Origin: Methanotrichaceae archaeon
GTDB lineage: Archaea > Halobacteriota > Methanosarcinia > Methanotrichales > Methanotrichaceae
DNA: 64,000 nt
NCBI GenBank assembly: GCA_963813075.1
Contig: CAWEXU010000030.1
Coordinates: forward strand, 256,001-320,000
Reading direction: 5' to 3'
Part shown: positions 1-10,340 of the stretch, piece by piece
Layout of the letters: each line of letters opens with the position of its first letter
Numbering within the stretch: the stretch's first letter is position 1
Notes under the pieces: generated by a model
What the model was told of the DNA's origin: nothing
Database searches by the model: none
What the model saw: the letters and a program-made list of their open reading frames with translations, nothing else
Program-made: the position numbers and the translations under genes

Positions 1-294
1 GATTACAGGGTATATTACATAACCAGAGGGGCTGTCAGGGGACCTTGTGAGCACAAGCACCGAACGGTCGAGTATGCCTATCATTGCTTGAGACATGATA
101 TCCAGGCCTGCCAAAGGGAGGGTAAGGTCTCAGATAGGCGGATCTATGCCCAGGAAGATGGAAAGGAGAGGGAGCTGGTGGAGCGAGAGATCTACGAGCT
201 TGATTACGCCAAGAGGCTGATGCTGGGAAAGACCGTTCTCAAGCAGGAACAAAAGGAGCTGAAACTAAGCCAGGGAACAGATGGCTCCGGATAA
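1..294 (+). CDS. 5'-truncated hypothetical protein with possible C/H metal-binding motif
   Basis: Frame of the 88..294 ORF stays open back to base 1: DYRVYYITRGAVRGPCEHKHRTVEYAYHCLRHDIQACQREGKVSDRRIY. Confidence 0.6.
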   Translation, partial: DYRVYYITRGAVRGPCEHKHRTVEYAYHCLRHDIQACQREGKVSDRRIYAQEDGKERELVEREIYELDYAKRLMLGKTVLKQEQKELKLSQGTDGSG

Positions 295-370
295 TGCTAA
301 TTGATCACCGCAACCGGAATAAGATCGCATAGCTTTAAGGGGATTTGCCCATCAGAGGAGGTAGCACCTC

Positions 371-568
371 ATGTATTCAATTATCGAGATAGTGGGAAAG
401 GATGAAGCAGGCTGGGAATACTCAGTGAAGAACGCCATCGAGGCCGCATCTGAAAGCATCAGGGATATGAGGATCGCTGAGGTAAAGGAACTGGATGTGA
501 AGATAGAAGACGGAAAGATATCCGCATACCGGACCAGGATAAACCTCTCATTCAAAGACGAGAAATAA
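371..568 (+). CDS. Dodecin-family protein (calcium-dodecin-like, lacks flavin-stacking Trp)
   Basis: 65 aa; YxxIEIVG..WE..V.NAI..AS..IRD.R.AEV.E.D..IEDGKI..YR..I.LSFK pattern. Confidence 0.85.
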   Translation: MYSIIEIVGKDEAGWEYSVKNAIEAASESIRDMRIAEVKELDVKIEDGKISAYRTRINLSFKDEK

Positions 569-579
569 GGGATTAAGGA

Positions 580-1044
580 TCAACCGACTAAAATCCGGCC
601 GTGCCGATCGATTTTTCCCTCGGATACTCTGGTGGAGCTTATCCGGACCCGATCCTGGGCCAGTTGATACTCTATCTCAGATATCTTGAGGGGCGGCAGG
701 TTCTTCTTAGCTCGCAGGCGGTTTATCCTCTCCGCCATGGGCAGGGTCTCAGGAGAGACCACAATGTAATTGAAGTTTTCATAGATTGATGGGCCGCATT
801 GGTCAATTATCTTTGTGATGTGAACATCATCGATCCCAAAGCATCTCTTGACCACCGCTCGCAGATTTTTCTCTCTTATTTCATAGCTGCGTACGGATCT
901 CGTCCTGCTCGACCGGGCCATCTCGTCTGAGGTTAGGCCTATGACCACCTCTCCGCCCTCGCCCAGCTCAAAAGCACGCCTGAGCAGGGCTATATGCCCG
1001 TCATGAATGGGATCAAAGGTGCCTCCTACCGCGACTCTGGCCAT
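580..1044 (-). CDS. coaD: Phosphopantetheine adenylyltransferase
   Basis: VAVGGTFDPIHDGH, IVVSPET, RISSTR motifs. Confidence 0.92.
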   Translation of the reverse strand: MARVAVGGTFDPIHDGHIALLRRAFELGEGGEVVIGLTSDEMARSSRTRSVRSYEIREKNLRAVVKRCFGIDDVHITKIIDQCGPSIYENFNYIVVSPETLPMAERINRLRAKKNLPPLKISEIEYQLAQDRVRISSTRVSEGKIDRHGRILVG

Positions 1045-1085
1045 ACAGGCCCGCTAACGATCAGTGCCGTATAAGTACTTGACGG

Positions 1086-1517
1086 CTAGATGCGACGGCC
1101 CCGGAAGCGTTCCAGGATCTTATTGACGATACGCCGGGAACTGCATAGCTCACAGGGCTCCTGATCCTCTATTCTCACAATCCTGGGATGCAAGCCCCGT
1201 CGGAAGAGATCATGCTCCAGGCGCAAGGGATCGAAGTGCTGATCGAAACCCAGGGTGATTATGTCCGGCCGGAGCTCTTCAATGGTTCGGAAGATGTCGC
1301 CCACTTCTCCCAGAACCGCTCTGTCCACCGGCTTGAGTGATTCTATCATCCTTTTCCTCTGCTCCTCAGGGAGGATGGGCTTGGCCTTATGGCGTACATT
1401 CACGTCCCTGGCCACTATTACCACCAGCTCATCCCCCAGGGCTCGGGATCGTTCCAGGTAGAGGACATGGCCGGGATGGAGGAGGTCGAAGGTGCCGGTA
1501 GCAACCACCAGTGTCAA
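1086..1517 (-). CDS. ribL: FAD synthase (cytidylyltransferase family)
   Basis: ATGTFDLLHPGH, PDIITLGFDQ, C-terminal CSS; likely TTG start at 1517. Confidence 0.85.
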   Translation of the reverse strand: MTLVVATGTFDLLHPGHVLYLERSRALGDELVVIVARDVNVRHKAKPILPEEQRKRMIESLKPVDRAVLGEVGDIFRTIEELRPDIITLGFDQHFDPLRLEHDLFRRGLHPRIVRIEDQEPCELCSSRRIVNKILERFRGRRI

Positions 1518-1548
1518 GTCCCAGCCCCCTCCGCCCCGAAGAGAGTTC

Positions 1549-1977
1549 TCAATTGAGGTCATCCTCCAGGCCGTACTCAAAGCCGTCATCCTCAAACTCC
1601 ACATCCAGGATGGGGAGGTCACGCCTCTCCCCCGCGGCATTGAAGCAGACCCAGCTCTGCTCGTCGAACGGCGGGCCGACGATGATATGGTAGTCCCCGG
1701 TGCGTGAGAAGAACAGCAAATCAGGCTCGGAGGGGCGGAGAACTCCGGACGGATGGCTGTGAACTGAGCCCGCCACCTGCATATTGGGAAGCATATAGAG
1801 CCTGACCAGAGCGCTCATCCGGGAGCTTTCTGTGCCGGGCAGTATCAAAATCTCGGTGATGATCTGATCGTCCGCCTGGAGGAGTCCGGCGAACTCCGCC
1901 GGGGCTGTGGATCGCGATGCCTCCAGGATGAACTTCAAAGTGTCTCTGGCGATGCCATCTACCCGCTTCTTTCTCAT
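1549..1977 (-). CDS. JAMM/MPN (Mov34) metalloprotease
   Basis: PAEF...GSVHSHPSG..RPSEPD JAMM motif. Confidence 0.9.
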   Translation of the reverse strand: MRKKRVDGIARDTLKFILEASRSTAPAEFAGLLQADDQIITEILILPGTESSRMSALVRLYMLPNMQVAGSVHSHPSGVLRPSEPDLLFFSRTGDYHIIVGPPFDEQSWVCFNAAGERRDLPILDVEFEDDGFEYGLEDDLN

Positions 1978-2802
1978 AATCCTACCATTCCCCGCAAATG
2001 TATGCAGTCCCCGGCTAAAACCCGCACCAGCTCGTCATCCCTCCTCAGCAAAAGAGCGCCATCTCCAGCCAGGTCCACGACCTCGCCCACCAGCTCACCA
2101 GAGCGCGCACAGATGCAGACCGTCCTGCCAATAGTTGAGGAGCGACAGCGCCACTCATTATAGATCTTTTCTGAGCCCAGATTCTCATATGCCCTCTCTA
2201 TCTCCAGGAGAGTTCTCTGGATCAGAGCAGTGCGACTGACCCCGGACCCTATCTCGCGGGATAAAGAGGTCGCCATCCATTCGTCGGGAAAGCTGGATGG
2301 ATCGATATTGGCGTTGATGCCCAATCCCACAATGGCATAGTCCAGGGCATAGTCCGGACTATCCCCCACTGCACCAACCTCCATCAATATCCCTCCCACC
2401 TTCCTTTCCCCGATCAGGAGGTCGTTGGGCCATTTGATTCCCGTCTCCAAGATCCAGCAATGTGGATATGGCTCTGCAGGCGGCGACGCAGACGGCCATA
2501 TTGATCTGATAGGCAAGGGCTATGGGGATATCCGGCCGAAGAACAAGGCTCATCCAGATCCCTCCCGGTGGAGAGGACCAGGATCGAGATAGTCTGCCCT
2601 GCCCACGGGTTTGAGTCTCGGCCAGAACGACGGTGCCGTTCTCCCCCTGCTCTGCCAGCGATCTTGCCACCTCATTGGTGGAGCCGACCTCGGCAAATAG
2701 GCGCAGGTCCCTGCCCAGCCATCTGGTATCAAGGCCGGAGAGTATCTGATCCCTATCCAGGAGATCCGGGACTTCGGCCTCAAGATCGAGAGGGGAACTC
2801 AT
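1974..2802 (-). CDS. birA: Biotin--protein ligase (no HTH), split by one frameshift near 2450
   Basis: STN, AETQTRGQGR..RSW.SP in first ORF; IKWPND, KVGGIL, GLGIN in second ORF. Confidence 0.88.
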
Positions 2803-2862
2803 AGCCCGGACCTCATGATAGGGACCTTTCCGAATGAGGAGCCCACTGGCATGCAGCCACTA

Positions 2863-4347
2863 TCAGCTTTTCTCCTCCAACTTCTGCTGGCTGAGGTAGG
2901 TGCCTACAGCGGCGGCGATGGCTGCCACCTTGCGGTCGTCAGCCCCAAGAGCGGAAGCCAGTGACTGATTCCGATCTTGATCCTCTGCTGCCACTCGCTG
3001 GACGGCATCGGCGATGTTCTCCTCCTTGATAAAGCCGGTATTGAAGTCACCGCTCCTGAAGCGGGCATTTCTGAGCACCGCCTTGTGGAAGATGAGGTTG
3101 GTCTTCACCCCCACGATGATGTACTCGTAAAGGGCCCGCTCCATTCTGGCAATTGCCTCTTTGCGGTCTTTGCCATGGGCGACGAGCTTGGAGATCAAGG
3201 AGTCGTAGTAAGGTGGAATCAGGTAGCCGGAGTAGACACCGCTGTCCACCCTGATCCCCGGACCGCCGGGACTGCGGTATCTTTTGATCCTCCCCGGCGC
3301 AGGGGAGAAGTCGTTTAAGGGGTCCTCGGCATTTATGCGGCACTCAATTGCCCAGCCCCGGATCTGCATGTCACTCTGATCATAGTTCAGGGGGTGGCCG
3401 GCGGCGATGAGGATCTGCTCTTTGGCCAGGTCCACTCCGGTGACCATCTCGGTGATGGGGTGCTCAACCTGCAGGCGGGTGTTCATCTCCAGGAAGTAGA
3501 AATCTCCCCGGGAGTACATGAACTCCACTGTCCCCGCACTGGCATATCCGATGGCTTTGGCTGCTTTGACGGCGACTGAGCCCATCCTCTCGCGCAGCTC
3601 ATCGCTCATTACCGGTGAGGGTGACTCCTCAATGAGCTTTTGATGGCGGCGCTGAATGGAGCACTCCCGGTCTGACACATATATCGTCTTTCCCAATTCA
3701 TCCGCCAGGATCTGGAACTCGATATGCCTGGGCTCGGTTAGGTACTTCTCTATGTATATGGTATCATCGCCAAAGGCATTGCGGGCCACGGACTGAGATG
3801 AGGTCAGGGCAGGCAGCATCTCCTCCCGGCTGCTCACGATCTTCATGCCGATTCCGCCACCTCCTGCCGCCGGCTTGAGGATGATCGGATAGCCGATATT
3901 ATCCGCCAGGTCCATCGCCTCTTCTGGATCGTTGATGCCCTCTTCTATCCCCGGGACGATTGGAACCCCTGCCTCCTTCATGGTCTGACGGGCAGTGATC
4001 TTCGAGCCCATGGCGTCGATGGCAGAAGATGGTGGTCCGATGAACACGATGCCGTTTTCCACACAGGCGGAGGCAAAGGCGGTATTCTCGGATAAAAAGC
4101 CATATCCAGGATGGATAGCCTCGGCGCCGGTCTCCAGGGCGGCCTTGATTATGTTGTCTATCTTCAAGTAGCTCTGGCTGGATGGAGATGGCCCTATATA
4201 GACCGCTTCATCTGCATACTTGGCGAAGAGGGCATTTTTGTCCGCTTCGGAGTAGACGGCCACGCTCGGAATGCCCAGCTCCCGGCAGGCTCGCATAACC
4301 CGGATGGCGATCTCTCCCCGGTTGGCTATGAGGATCTTATTGAACAT
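2863..4347 (-). CDS. pycA: Biotin carboxylase subunit (pyruvate/acetyl-CoA carboxylase subunit A)
   Basis: MFNKILIANRGEIA, HPGYGFLSEN, GGGGIG, RECSIQRRHQK, EMNTRLQVEH; start reassigned to 4347. Confidence 0.92.
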   Translation of the reverse strand: MFNKILIANRGEIAIRVMRACRELGIPSVAVYSEADKNALFAKYADEAVYIGPSPSSQSYLKIDNIIKAALETGAEAIHPGYGFLSENTAFASACVENGIVFIGPPSSAIDAMGSKITARQTMKEAGVPIVPGIEEGINDPEEAMDLADNIGYPIILKPAAGGGGIGMKIVSSREEMLPALTSSQSVARNAFGDDTIYIEKYLTEPRHIEFQILADELGKTIYVSDRECSIQRRHQKLIEESPSPVMSDELRERMGSVAVKAAKAIGYASAGTVEFMYSRGDFYFLEMNTRLQVEHPITEMVTGVDLAKEQILIAAGHPLNYDQSDMQIRGWAIECRINAEDPLNDFSPAPGRIKRYRSPGGPGIRVDSGVYSGYLIPPYYDSLISKLVAHGKDRKEAIARMERALYEYIIVGVKTNLIFHKAVLRNARFRSGDFNTGFIKEENIADAVQRVAAEDQDRNQSLASALGADDRKVAAIAAAVGTYLSQQKLEEKS

Positions 4348-4476
4348 TCGCAAATGAAAGGCTCTGCCAGGGTAAAACCTTTTTGGAGGGATTGCGGCCT
4401 GGCCGAAAATTCTCAATATCTCAAAGGGTCCGATCATCTGGCAAAAGCTAAAAACCTTTGAGACTAACACCAGATC

Positions 4477-4905
4477 ATGAAGCCCAGGGAGCTATCCGAA
4501 GAGGAATGCACAGCGCTTATCTCCTCGGCCAGATACGGCAGGCTAGGACTGTCCAGGGATAACCAGCCTTATGTGGTTCCAATGTCATATGTATACCACG
4601 AGGGCAAGATCTACCTTCACTCCCGTGGAATGGGGAAAAAGGTCGAATTTGCCAGGGAAAATCCTCGCGTCTGCTTTCAGGTGGACGCCCTGGAGAAGGG
4701 AAGATGGTCGAGCGTCAATGCCTTCGGCAGGGCAGAGCTATCGGATGATATAGAAGCCAAGCAGAGGATGTTTGATGTTTTCACAAAAAAAGGTCTGGGC
4801 GGCCACGGAGGCAAGAGCTTTCAGCGCCAGGACCTGGAGAGGATGGAACTGACCGTATGGGAGATCGCCATCGATGAGCTGACGGGAAGAGAGGGCGTCT
4901 GGTAG
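4477..4905 (+). CDS. Pyridoxamine 5'-phosphate oxidase-like / NimA-like flavin-binding protein
   Basis: GRLGL...PYVVP.SY...IYLH..G.K....NPRVCFQV...W.SV..FG pattern. Confidence 0.85.
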   Translation: MKPRELSEEECTALISSARYGRLGLSRDNQPYVVPMSYVYHEGKIYLHSRGMGKKVEFARENPRVCFQVDALEKGRWSSVNAFGRAELSDDIEAKQRMFDVFTKKGLGGHGGKSFQRQDLERMELTVWEIAIDELTGREGVW

Positions 4906-6420
4906 ATGCCTGCACCTTTGAAGTGGACTGAGAAATATCGGCCTGTTACCCTCAAGCAGGTTCTGGGCAATGGCAAGGCAATAGATGATCTGCGGGAGTG
5001 GGCCCTATCCTGGGAGAAAGGAGAGCCCATTACCGGCGCCGCCATTCTCTACGGCCCGGCGGGAACAGGAAAGACCTCGGCCGCTCTGGCCCTGGCACAT
5101 GATTTCGACTGGGACTACATCGAGATGAATGCCTCGGACGCCCGCACTGCAGGGATGATAGAGAAAGTCGCCGTTCCCGCATCGCGAAGTCAGACCTTCT
5201 CGGGCAAGCCGAGGCTGGTGATTCTGGATGAGGCGGACAACCTCCATGGCACTGCTGACCGGGGTGGTGCAGCGGCCATGCTCCGCCTGGTCAGAGAGAC
5301 TCGCCAGCCGGTGATACTGATTGCCAATGAGTACTATGAGATCGACAAACCTCTCCGAGATGCTATCAAGGGAATTCAGTTCCGGTCGGTGCGCTCCACC
5401 ACCATCGCCCAGGCCTTAAGGGAGATCTGCCGGGCGGAGGGCATAGACTGCGATCCCAATCTATTGATATCCATCGCCGAGAGAGCGGGAGGAGACCTGC
5501 GCTCCGGGATCAACGACCTGCAGGCTGCTGCCGAAGGCCAGGAAAAGCTCGGAGAAGAGGATCTGGTCACCGCCCAAAGGGATGTCAAATCATCCATCTT
5601 CCGGGTCCTGGAGGTGATCTATAAAGGCAGCAATGCCAAGGAGGCCCTGGAGGCGTCTTATAATCTGGACGAGAGCCCGGAGGACCTGATCAACTGGGTG
5701 GATGAGAACCTTCCCCTGGCGTACCTCGGCCAGGGTCTCCTCCAGGGGTATGAGACTCTCGCTCGAAGCGACATATTTCTCGGTCGGGTGCGCAGGAGGC
5801 AGAACTACGGACTGTGGCGTTATGCCAGCTTTCTCATGACCGGCGGAGTGCAGGCGGCCAGGAGTGAGCGCAGGCATGGTTATGTGGCCTTCCGCCCCCC
5901 CAGCCTCTGGCGGAGAATGGGCCAGACCCGCAAAGCCAGGGCGGTAAGGGACTCTGCCGCGAGAAAGATTGGCCGGCACTGCCATGTATCTATGGCCTTC
6001 GCCCGCTCGGAGTTGATGGACTTTGTGGGGATGCTGCTCAAGGACAAGAAGAAAGCTCCCGGACTGGCCGCCCAGCTGGATCTGACTGCAGAGGAGATCG
6101 CTCTCCTCCTCGGAAGCTCTCAAAGCACCAAGAAGGTGCAGAACATCTTCGAGGAGGCGATGAGAATTCGAAGCCGAGAAGAGATCGAGGAGATAGAGCT
6201 GGCATGGCGGAAGAGCAGCCAGCCCTCCCTCACCCAGATGTCAGGAGGCCTCACCCAGACGCTCTCAGTGAAGGATGATGAGCCTCGCTCTTCTGTGCCG
6301 GCAAGGCAGGGCGACCGGATTTCTGTCGATTCCTCTTCCAGCCTGGATCCGAGGCCTCCGGGGCAGGCGTCCAAGGACGGAAGAAAGGGTAAAAAGCAGA
6401 AGTCCTTGTTCGACTTCTGA
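4906..6420 (+). CDS. rfcL: Replication factor C large subunit
   Basis: WTEKYRP, GPAGTGKT, EMNASD, DEAD, C-terminal PIP box QKSLFDF. Confidence 0.95.
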   Translation: MPAPLKWTEKYRPVTLKQVLGNGKAIDDLREWALSWEKGEPITGAAILYGPAGTGKTSAALALAHDFDWDYIEMNASDARTAGMIEKVAVPASRSQTFSGKPRLVILDEADNLHGTADRGGAAAMLRLVRETRQPVILIANEYYEIDKPLRDAIKGIQFRSVRSTTIAQALREICRAEGIDCDPNLLISIAERAGGDLRSGINDLQAAAEGQEKLGEEDLVTAQRDVKSSIFRVLEVIYKGSNAKEALEASYNLDESPEDLINWVDENLPLAYLGQGLLQGYETLARSDIFLGRVRRRQNYGLWRYASFLMTGGVQAARSERRHGYVAFRPPSLWRRMGQTRKARAVRDSAARKIGRHCHVSMAFARSELMDFVGMLLKDKKKAPGLAAQLDLTAEEIALLLGSSQSTKKVQNIFEEAMRIRSREEIEEIELAWRKSSQPSLTQMSGGLTQTLSVKDDEPRSSVPARQGDRISVDSSSSLDPRPPGQASKDGRKGKKQKSLFDF

Positions 6421-6489
6421 TCTAACTAGAATAGTAGAGAAAATAAACTGCAGCCGGCGCTGCAAACCAGAGCGCCAGAGCTGCGAGGG

Positions 6490-7227
6490 GTGTTAATTAT
6501 GGCAGTACATAGCAGCAAATTCCCCAGAATGAAATCCGGCATACCTGGGTTTGATGAAATGGTAGGCGGCGGCTTTCATCAGGGAACGGTAAATACCATA
6601 ACCGGTTCCTCAGGCACCGGCAAGACCGTCTTCGCCAGCCAGTTCATTCACTACGGCATCGGACAGGGAGAGAAGGGAATGATCATCACTCCCTCTGAAA
6701 GCGCAGAATACATGAGACGGGAGATGATGTCCTCCTTTGGCTGGGACTTTGGCGCACTGGAAAAAGAGGGGAAGCTGAGCCTCATCGACGTTACTGATCC
6801 GGTACTCAGGCTGCAGAAGAGCATAGATGTCGATCCGGTGGATTTTCTCATCAACTTCAGAAAGCTTGTGGAGAGAAAGCTGGAAGAGGAAAAGCCCAAA
6901 AGGCTCTTCATAGACGACCTGACCGCATTTTTCATGGCGGTAGAAGCGCCCTTCAAGGTCCGTTCACTGACTGACGACCTCTTTGGCACCATCCGGTCCA
7001 GCAATGTGACCAGCGTGGTCACCATAGGCACCGCTTTTGGCACCAATCAGTTTTTGGAGTACGGGGCGGACTCCGCCACCATGCTCAACCGGGAGAGAAT
7101 AGGCAATACCCTCATCAGATCGATCTACGTAATGAAGATGAGAGGCTCTAAGATCGCCAATAGCATCAGGGTGCTCGACATTTCAGATGATGGGCTCTCC
7201 GTGTCAACGCTCTCACCTTATCCATGA
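6490..7227 (+). CDS. Single-domain KaiC/RAD55-like ATPase
   Basis: SGIPGFDEMVGGG, GSSGTGKT, IDD, KMRGS. Confidence 0.9.
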   Translation: MLIMAVHSSKFPRMKSGIPGFDEMVGGGFHQGTVNTITGSSGTGKTVFASQFIHYGIGQGEKGMIITPSESAEYMRREMMSSFGWDFGALEKEGKLSLIDVTDPVLRLQKSIDVDPVDFLINFRKLVERKLEEEKPKRLFIDDLTAFFMAVEAPFKVRSLTDDLFGTIRSSNVTSVVTIGTAFGTNQFLEYGADSATMLNRERIGNTLIRSIYVMKMRGSKIANSIRVLDISDDGLSVSTLSPYP

Positions 7228-7234
7228 GGAAATA

Positions 7235-9044
7235 ATGATAGAAAGATGGATCATCCTGGCCGCTGAGGAAGCGGGCCCTGTCTCCAATAAGATGGGAGGC
7301 ATATGGAATGTGGTGGACGCCGAGGCTACGACTCTCGCCCGGCTGGTGGCCAAAGGGGAAATAGATAGCGAGTTTCGTATCCTGGTGGCCGGCCCCAACT
7401 ATCCCACTGCCGGATCGGACTGGAACACCGGCCGGAACCGGGTGACGGACATATCTTCATTCAACCGGCTGGAGATGGGTGAAGAGCTGGGCACAAGCCT
7501 GGCGGAACTGAACTCCCAGGGCATTGAGAGCGTCACCGGCCAGCGGGTCGAGGATGGCGTTCCCATAGGCTATGTGCTGTTCAATACCAATTACTATCAG
7601 TCCAGATTGGTGCGCTGGAAGAATCAGGAGATGACGCTGAACAATGCGGTCAAAACCGAGGCCTTCGACCTGTTGGGACTGGACTCCATGAGGTTTGAAA
7701 AAGAGCACTATGGCTGGGAGTACAACCACTATCTTAACCTCTCCTATGCGGTCTCGGAGCTGGTGCGCAACCTCGCCCAGTCCCATGATGATGGGCACAA
7801 ACAAGTATGTCGATAGGGCGGTGGCGGATTTCGCCCGCTCGGTTATGCCCAAGGTCAGGGTCTCATTGCACTGCCATGAGTTTGGGGTGTTCTATGCTGC
7901 TGCCAGGCTGGAGAAGCTGGGCATTCCAGTGAGAACTCTGTGCACCCTCCATGCCACCGTCCCCGGCCGGACGGCGGGCTACAGGTCTCTGGAGAAGATC
8001 AGGAAGAACGACTCAAAGATGGAGCCCGGAACCCCTCTGGGCTTTGCCGCCCTGGAGGCGCTGGCGCGCTACGCTGATGGGGTCACATTCGTGGGCGACT
8101 CGACGATGAAAGAGGCCATGCTCTTTCACCGCATGAAAGGGGTGGTCATCCGCAATGGAATCGATGTTCGGGGCGATAGGATCGACTGGGACAAAAAGGA
8201 ACGCTGCCGGGCCCGGATTCAGGATTTCATCATCGAGAACCTCTACCAGAATTGCGAGGGCAGCTGCCCGGGAAAAGAGAACATCATTCCCGTCTTCTCC
8301 ATTTCCAGGATAGAGATAGAGAACAAAGGCTATCCTCAGCTCCTCGATGCCCTGGTGCTTCAGGATCATCTCCTCCGGCACAGAATGATGGGACAGAGAC
8401 ATGCTGATCAGACAAAAGTGGTCTGCTTTCTCATCGCCTCTCACGGCCCCAAACCCAGGGATAAGCTTCCCGAGGGTTTTCCCATCAACCTGCCCATAGA
8501 GGTCCTGGTGGGCGATGAGATCCGCCTGGAGAACATGATAAGTGAGCGACGGCTGAGCAAGGATGAGCTGATCTCAGGCAAACGGTCGGTGGCGGCGGTT
8601 CTATATCCCCAGTGGCTGGGACCGAATGACGGCGGCCTGGGGATGAGAACGGATGAGGTCATGGCAGGCTGCGTCGCTGGCATCTTCCCCTCCCAGTACG
8701 AGCCCTTCCTTCTCACCGCACTGGAAGCGGGAAGGGAGGGGACACCCAGCATCGTCAGCCGGAGCGCAGGATACAGCGATGCTCTGAAAAAGGTTGAGCA
8801 CCGGGTGCCAGGACTGGGTGGGGTGGTGGTGGTGGACAACATCGAGCTGCAGCTCCAGGAGACGGTTATGGACTACGCCCTGACTCTTGATTACTTCGCC
8901 CGGACCTATCTGGAGGACGAAGTGAAATACCGCCTCTTGTGCGAGGAGTCGTTCTCCCTGGCCAGGCAGTTCAGCTGGGACCAGCCGGTAATGGAATATT
9001 ATAAAAATCTGACAGTCTGGTATCCGATCCAGGCAATTGATTAA
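7235..9044 (+). CDS. GT3-like glycogen synthase-type glycosyltransferase, frameshifted near 7790
   Basis: EE..VSNKMGGIWNV (cf. WEVANKVGGIYTV), HCHEFG, RIEIENKG (cf. RYEFSNKG), GIFPSQYEPF (cf. GVFPSYYEPW). Confidence 0.75.
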
Positions 9045-9090
9045 AGCCGATGTGAATTGAATCAGAACCATCTTCAGGAGTGGCAACAAA

Positions 9091-10338
9091 TTGAAGTCAA
9101 TGCGAATCGCTTATTTCAGCACTGAATATCCCCCCCTGGTCTATGGAGGGCTGGGGGTGTATGCAGATAACATCTCCCGCTCATTAGCTTCCCTGGGCCA
9201 TAAGGTCACCGTCTTCTCCTGGGGGACGGAAAGGATTCCCAGGCACCAGGTGCTGGACGGGGTGGAGGTCTTCCGGGAGACGCCCCTTCCCATGAAGGAC
9301 GGAATGGAGATCTTCCTCTCCGAGCTGACCCTTGGCTGGGGGGAGGGACTGGAGTTTTTGCTGAACCTTTTCAGCTACAACCAGCTCGCTCTGGACGACC
9401 TCATGAAAGAGGAGCCCTTTGATCTGCTTATTAGCCACGACTGGCTGGCCCTTCCTGGGGGCATGGCCGCCAGGAGATCTGGCATTCCTCTGATCTATCA
9501 TGTCCACGGCCTGGAGACCGGGAGATCCCAAAGCCCCAATCCTCAGCTGATGGCTTTAGAACGGAAGGGCGCGGATGTTGCTGACCTGGTTATAACCGTA
9601 TCCGAGGCCATGAAAAGGGAGCTTGCCGGTCAGGGGGTCCCAGAAGATAAGATCCGGGTCTGCTATCATGGAGTGGACTCGAAGTTCTTCGATCCCCAAA
9701 AGGTAGATGAAAAATCCCTGGCAGCCAAAAGAAAGAGCTATGGCTTTGAGAAGGATGATATCATAATTCTCTTCGTTGGCCGGCTGGAGCCGGTCAAAGG
9801 GGTCAGAGAGCTAATTGCTGCCCTGCCTCGTGTCCGGGCAGAGCACAGAAATGTGAAGCTACTGATGCTTGGCGTCGGCAGCCTGGAGGGCTGGGCGGAA
9901 AATGAGGCCACTCGGCAGGGCAATATAACCCTTGTCACCGATTTCGTCGATGCCGAGGAGAAGAGGCTCCACTATGCTCTTGCCGATCTGTGCGTATTTC
10001 CCAGCCTCTATGAGCCCTTCGGCATAGTGGCTTTGGAGGCGGCGGCCATGGGCAAAGCAGCGGTGGTGGGGGCGGCAGGCACCAGCGGCCTGGCGGAGAT
10101 CGTTGTGAATCCGGGCGAAAGAGAGCCTACCGGAGTCCATGTCAATGCCCGCGATCCAGCCGATCTGGCCTGGGGGATAAACCTCGCCCTGGAGGACATA
10201 GAGCGCCTCGGTTTATGGGGAAAGAACGCCCGAAAGAGGGCCTGCATTTCCTTCAGCTGGGAGAAGGCGGCAAAGAGCACCCTGGCCATCTATGAAGAGG
10301 CAAAAGAGCTGTCAAAAGCAAGATCCGGAGAGATATAG
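9091..10338 (+). CDS. GT4 glycosyltransferase (glycogen-synthase-like)
   Basis: EYPP.VYGGLG, HDW, FVGRL..KG, PSLYEPFGIVALEA. Confidence 0.92.
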   Translation: MKSMRIAYFSTEYPPLVYGGLGVYADNISRSLASLGHKVTVFSWGTERIPRHQVLDGVEVFRETPLPMKDGMEIFLSELTLGWGEGLEFLLNLFSYNQLALDDLMKEEPFDLLISHDWLALPGGMAARRSGIPLIYHVHGLETGRSQSPNPQLMALERKGADVADLVITVSEAMKRELAGQGVPEDKIRVCYHGVDSKFFDPQKVDEKSLAAKRKSYGFEKDDIIILFVGRLEPVKGVRELIAALPRVRAEHRNVKLLMLGVGSLEGWAENEATRQGNITLVTDFVDAEEKRLHYALADLCVFPSLYEPFGIVALEAAAMGKAAVVGAAGTSGLAEIVVNPGEREPTGVHVNARDPADLAWGINLALEDIERLGLWGKNARKRACISFSWEKAAKSTLAIYEEAKELSKARSGEI

Positions 10339-10340
10339 GC

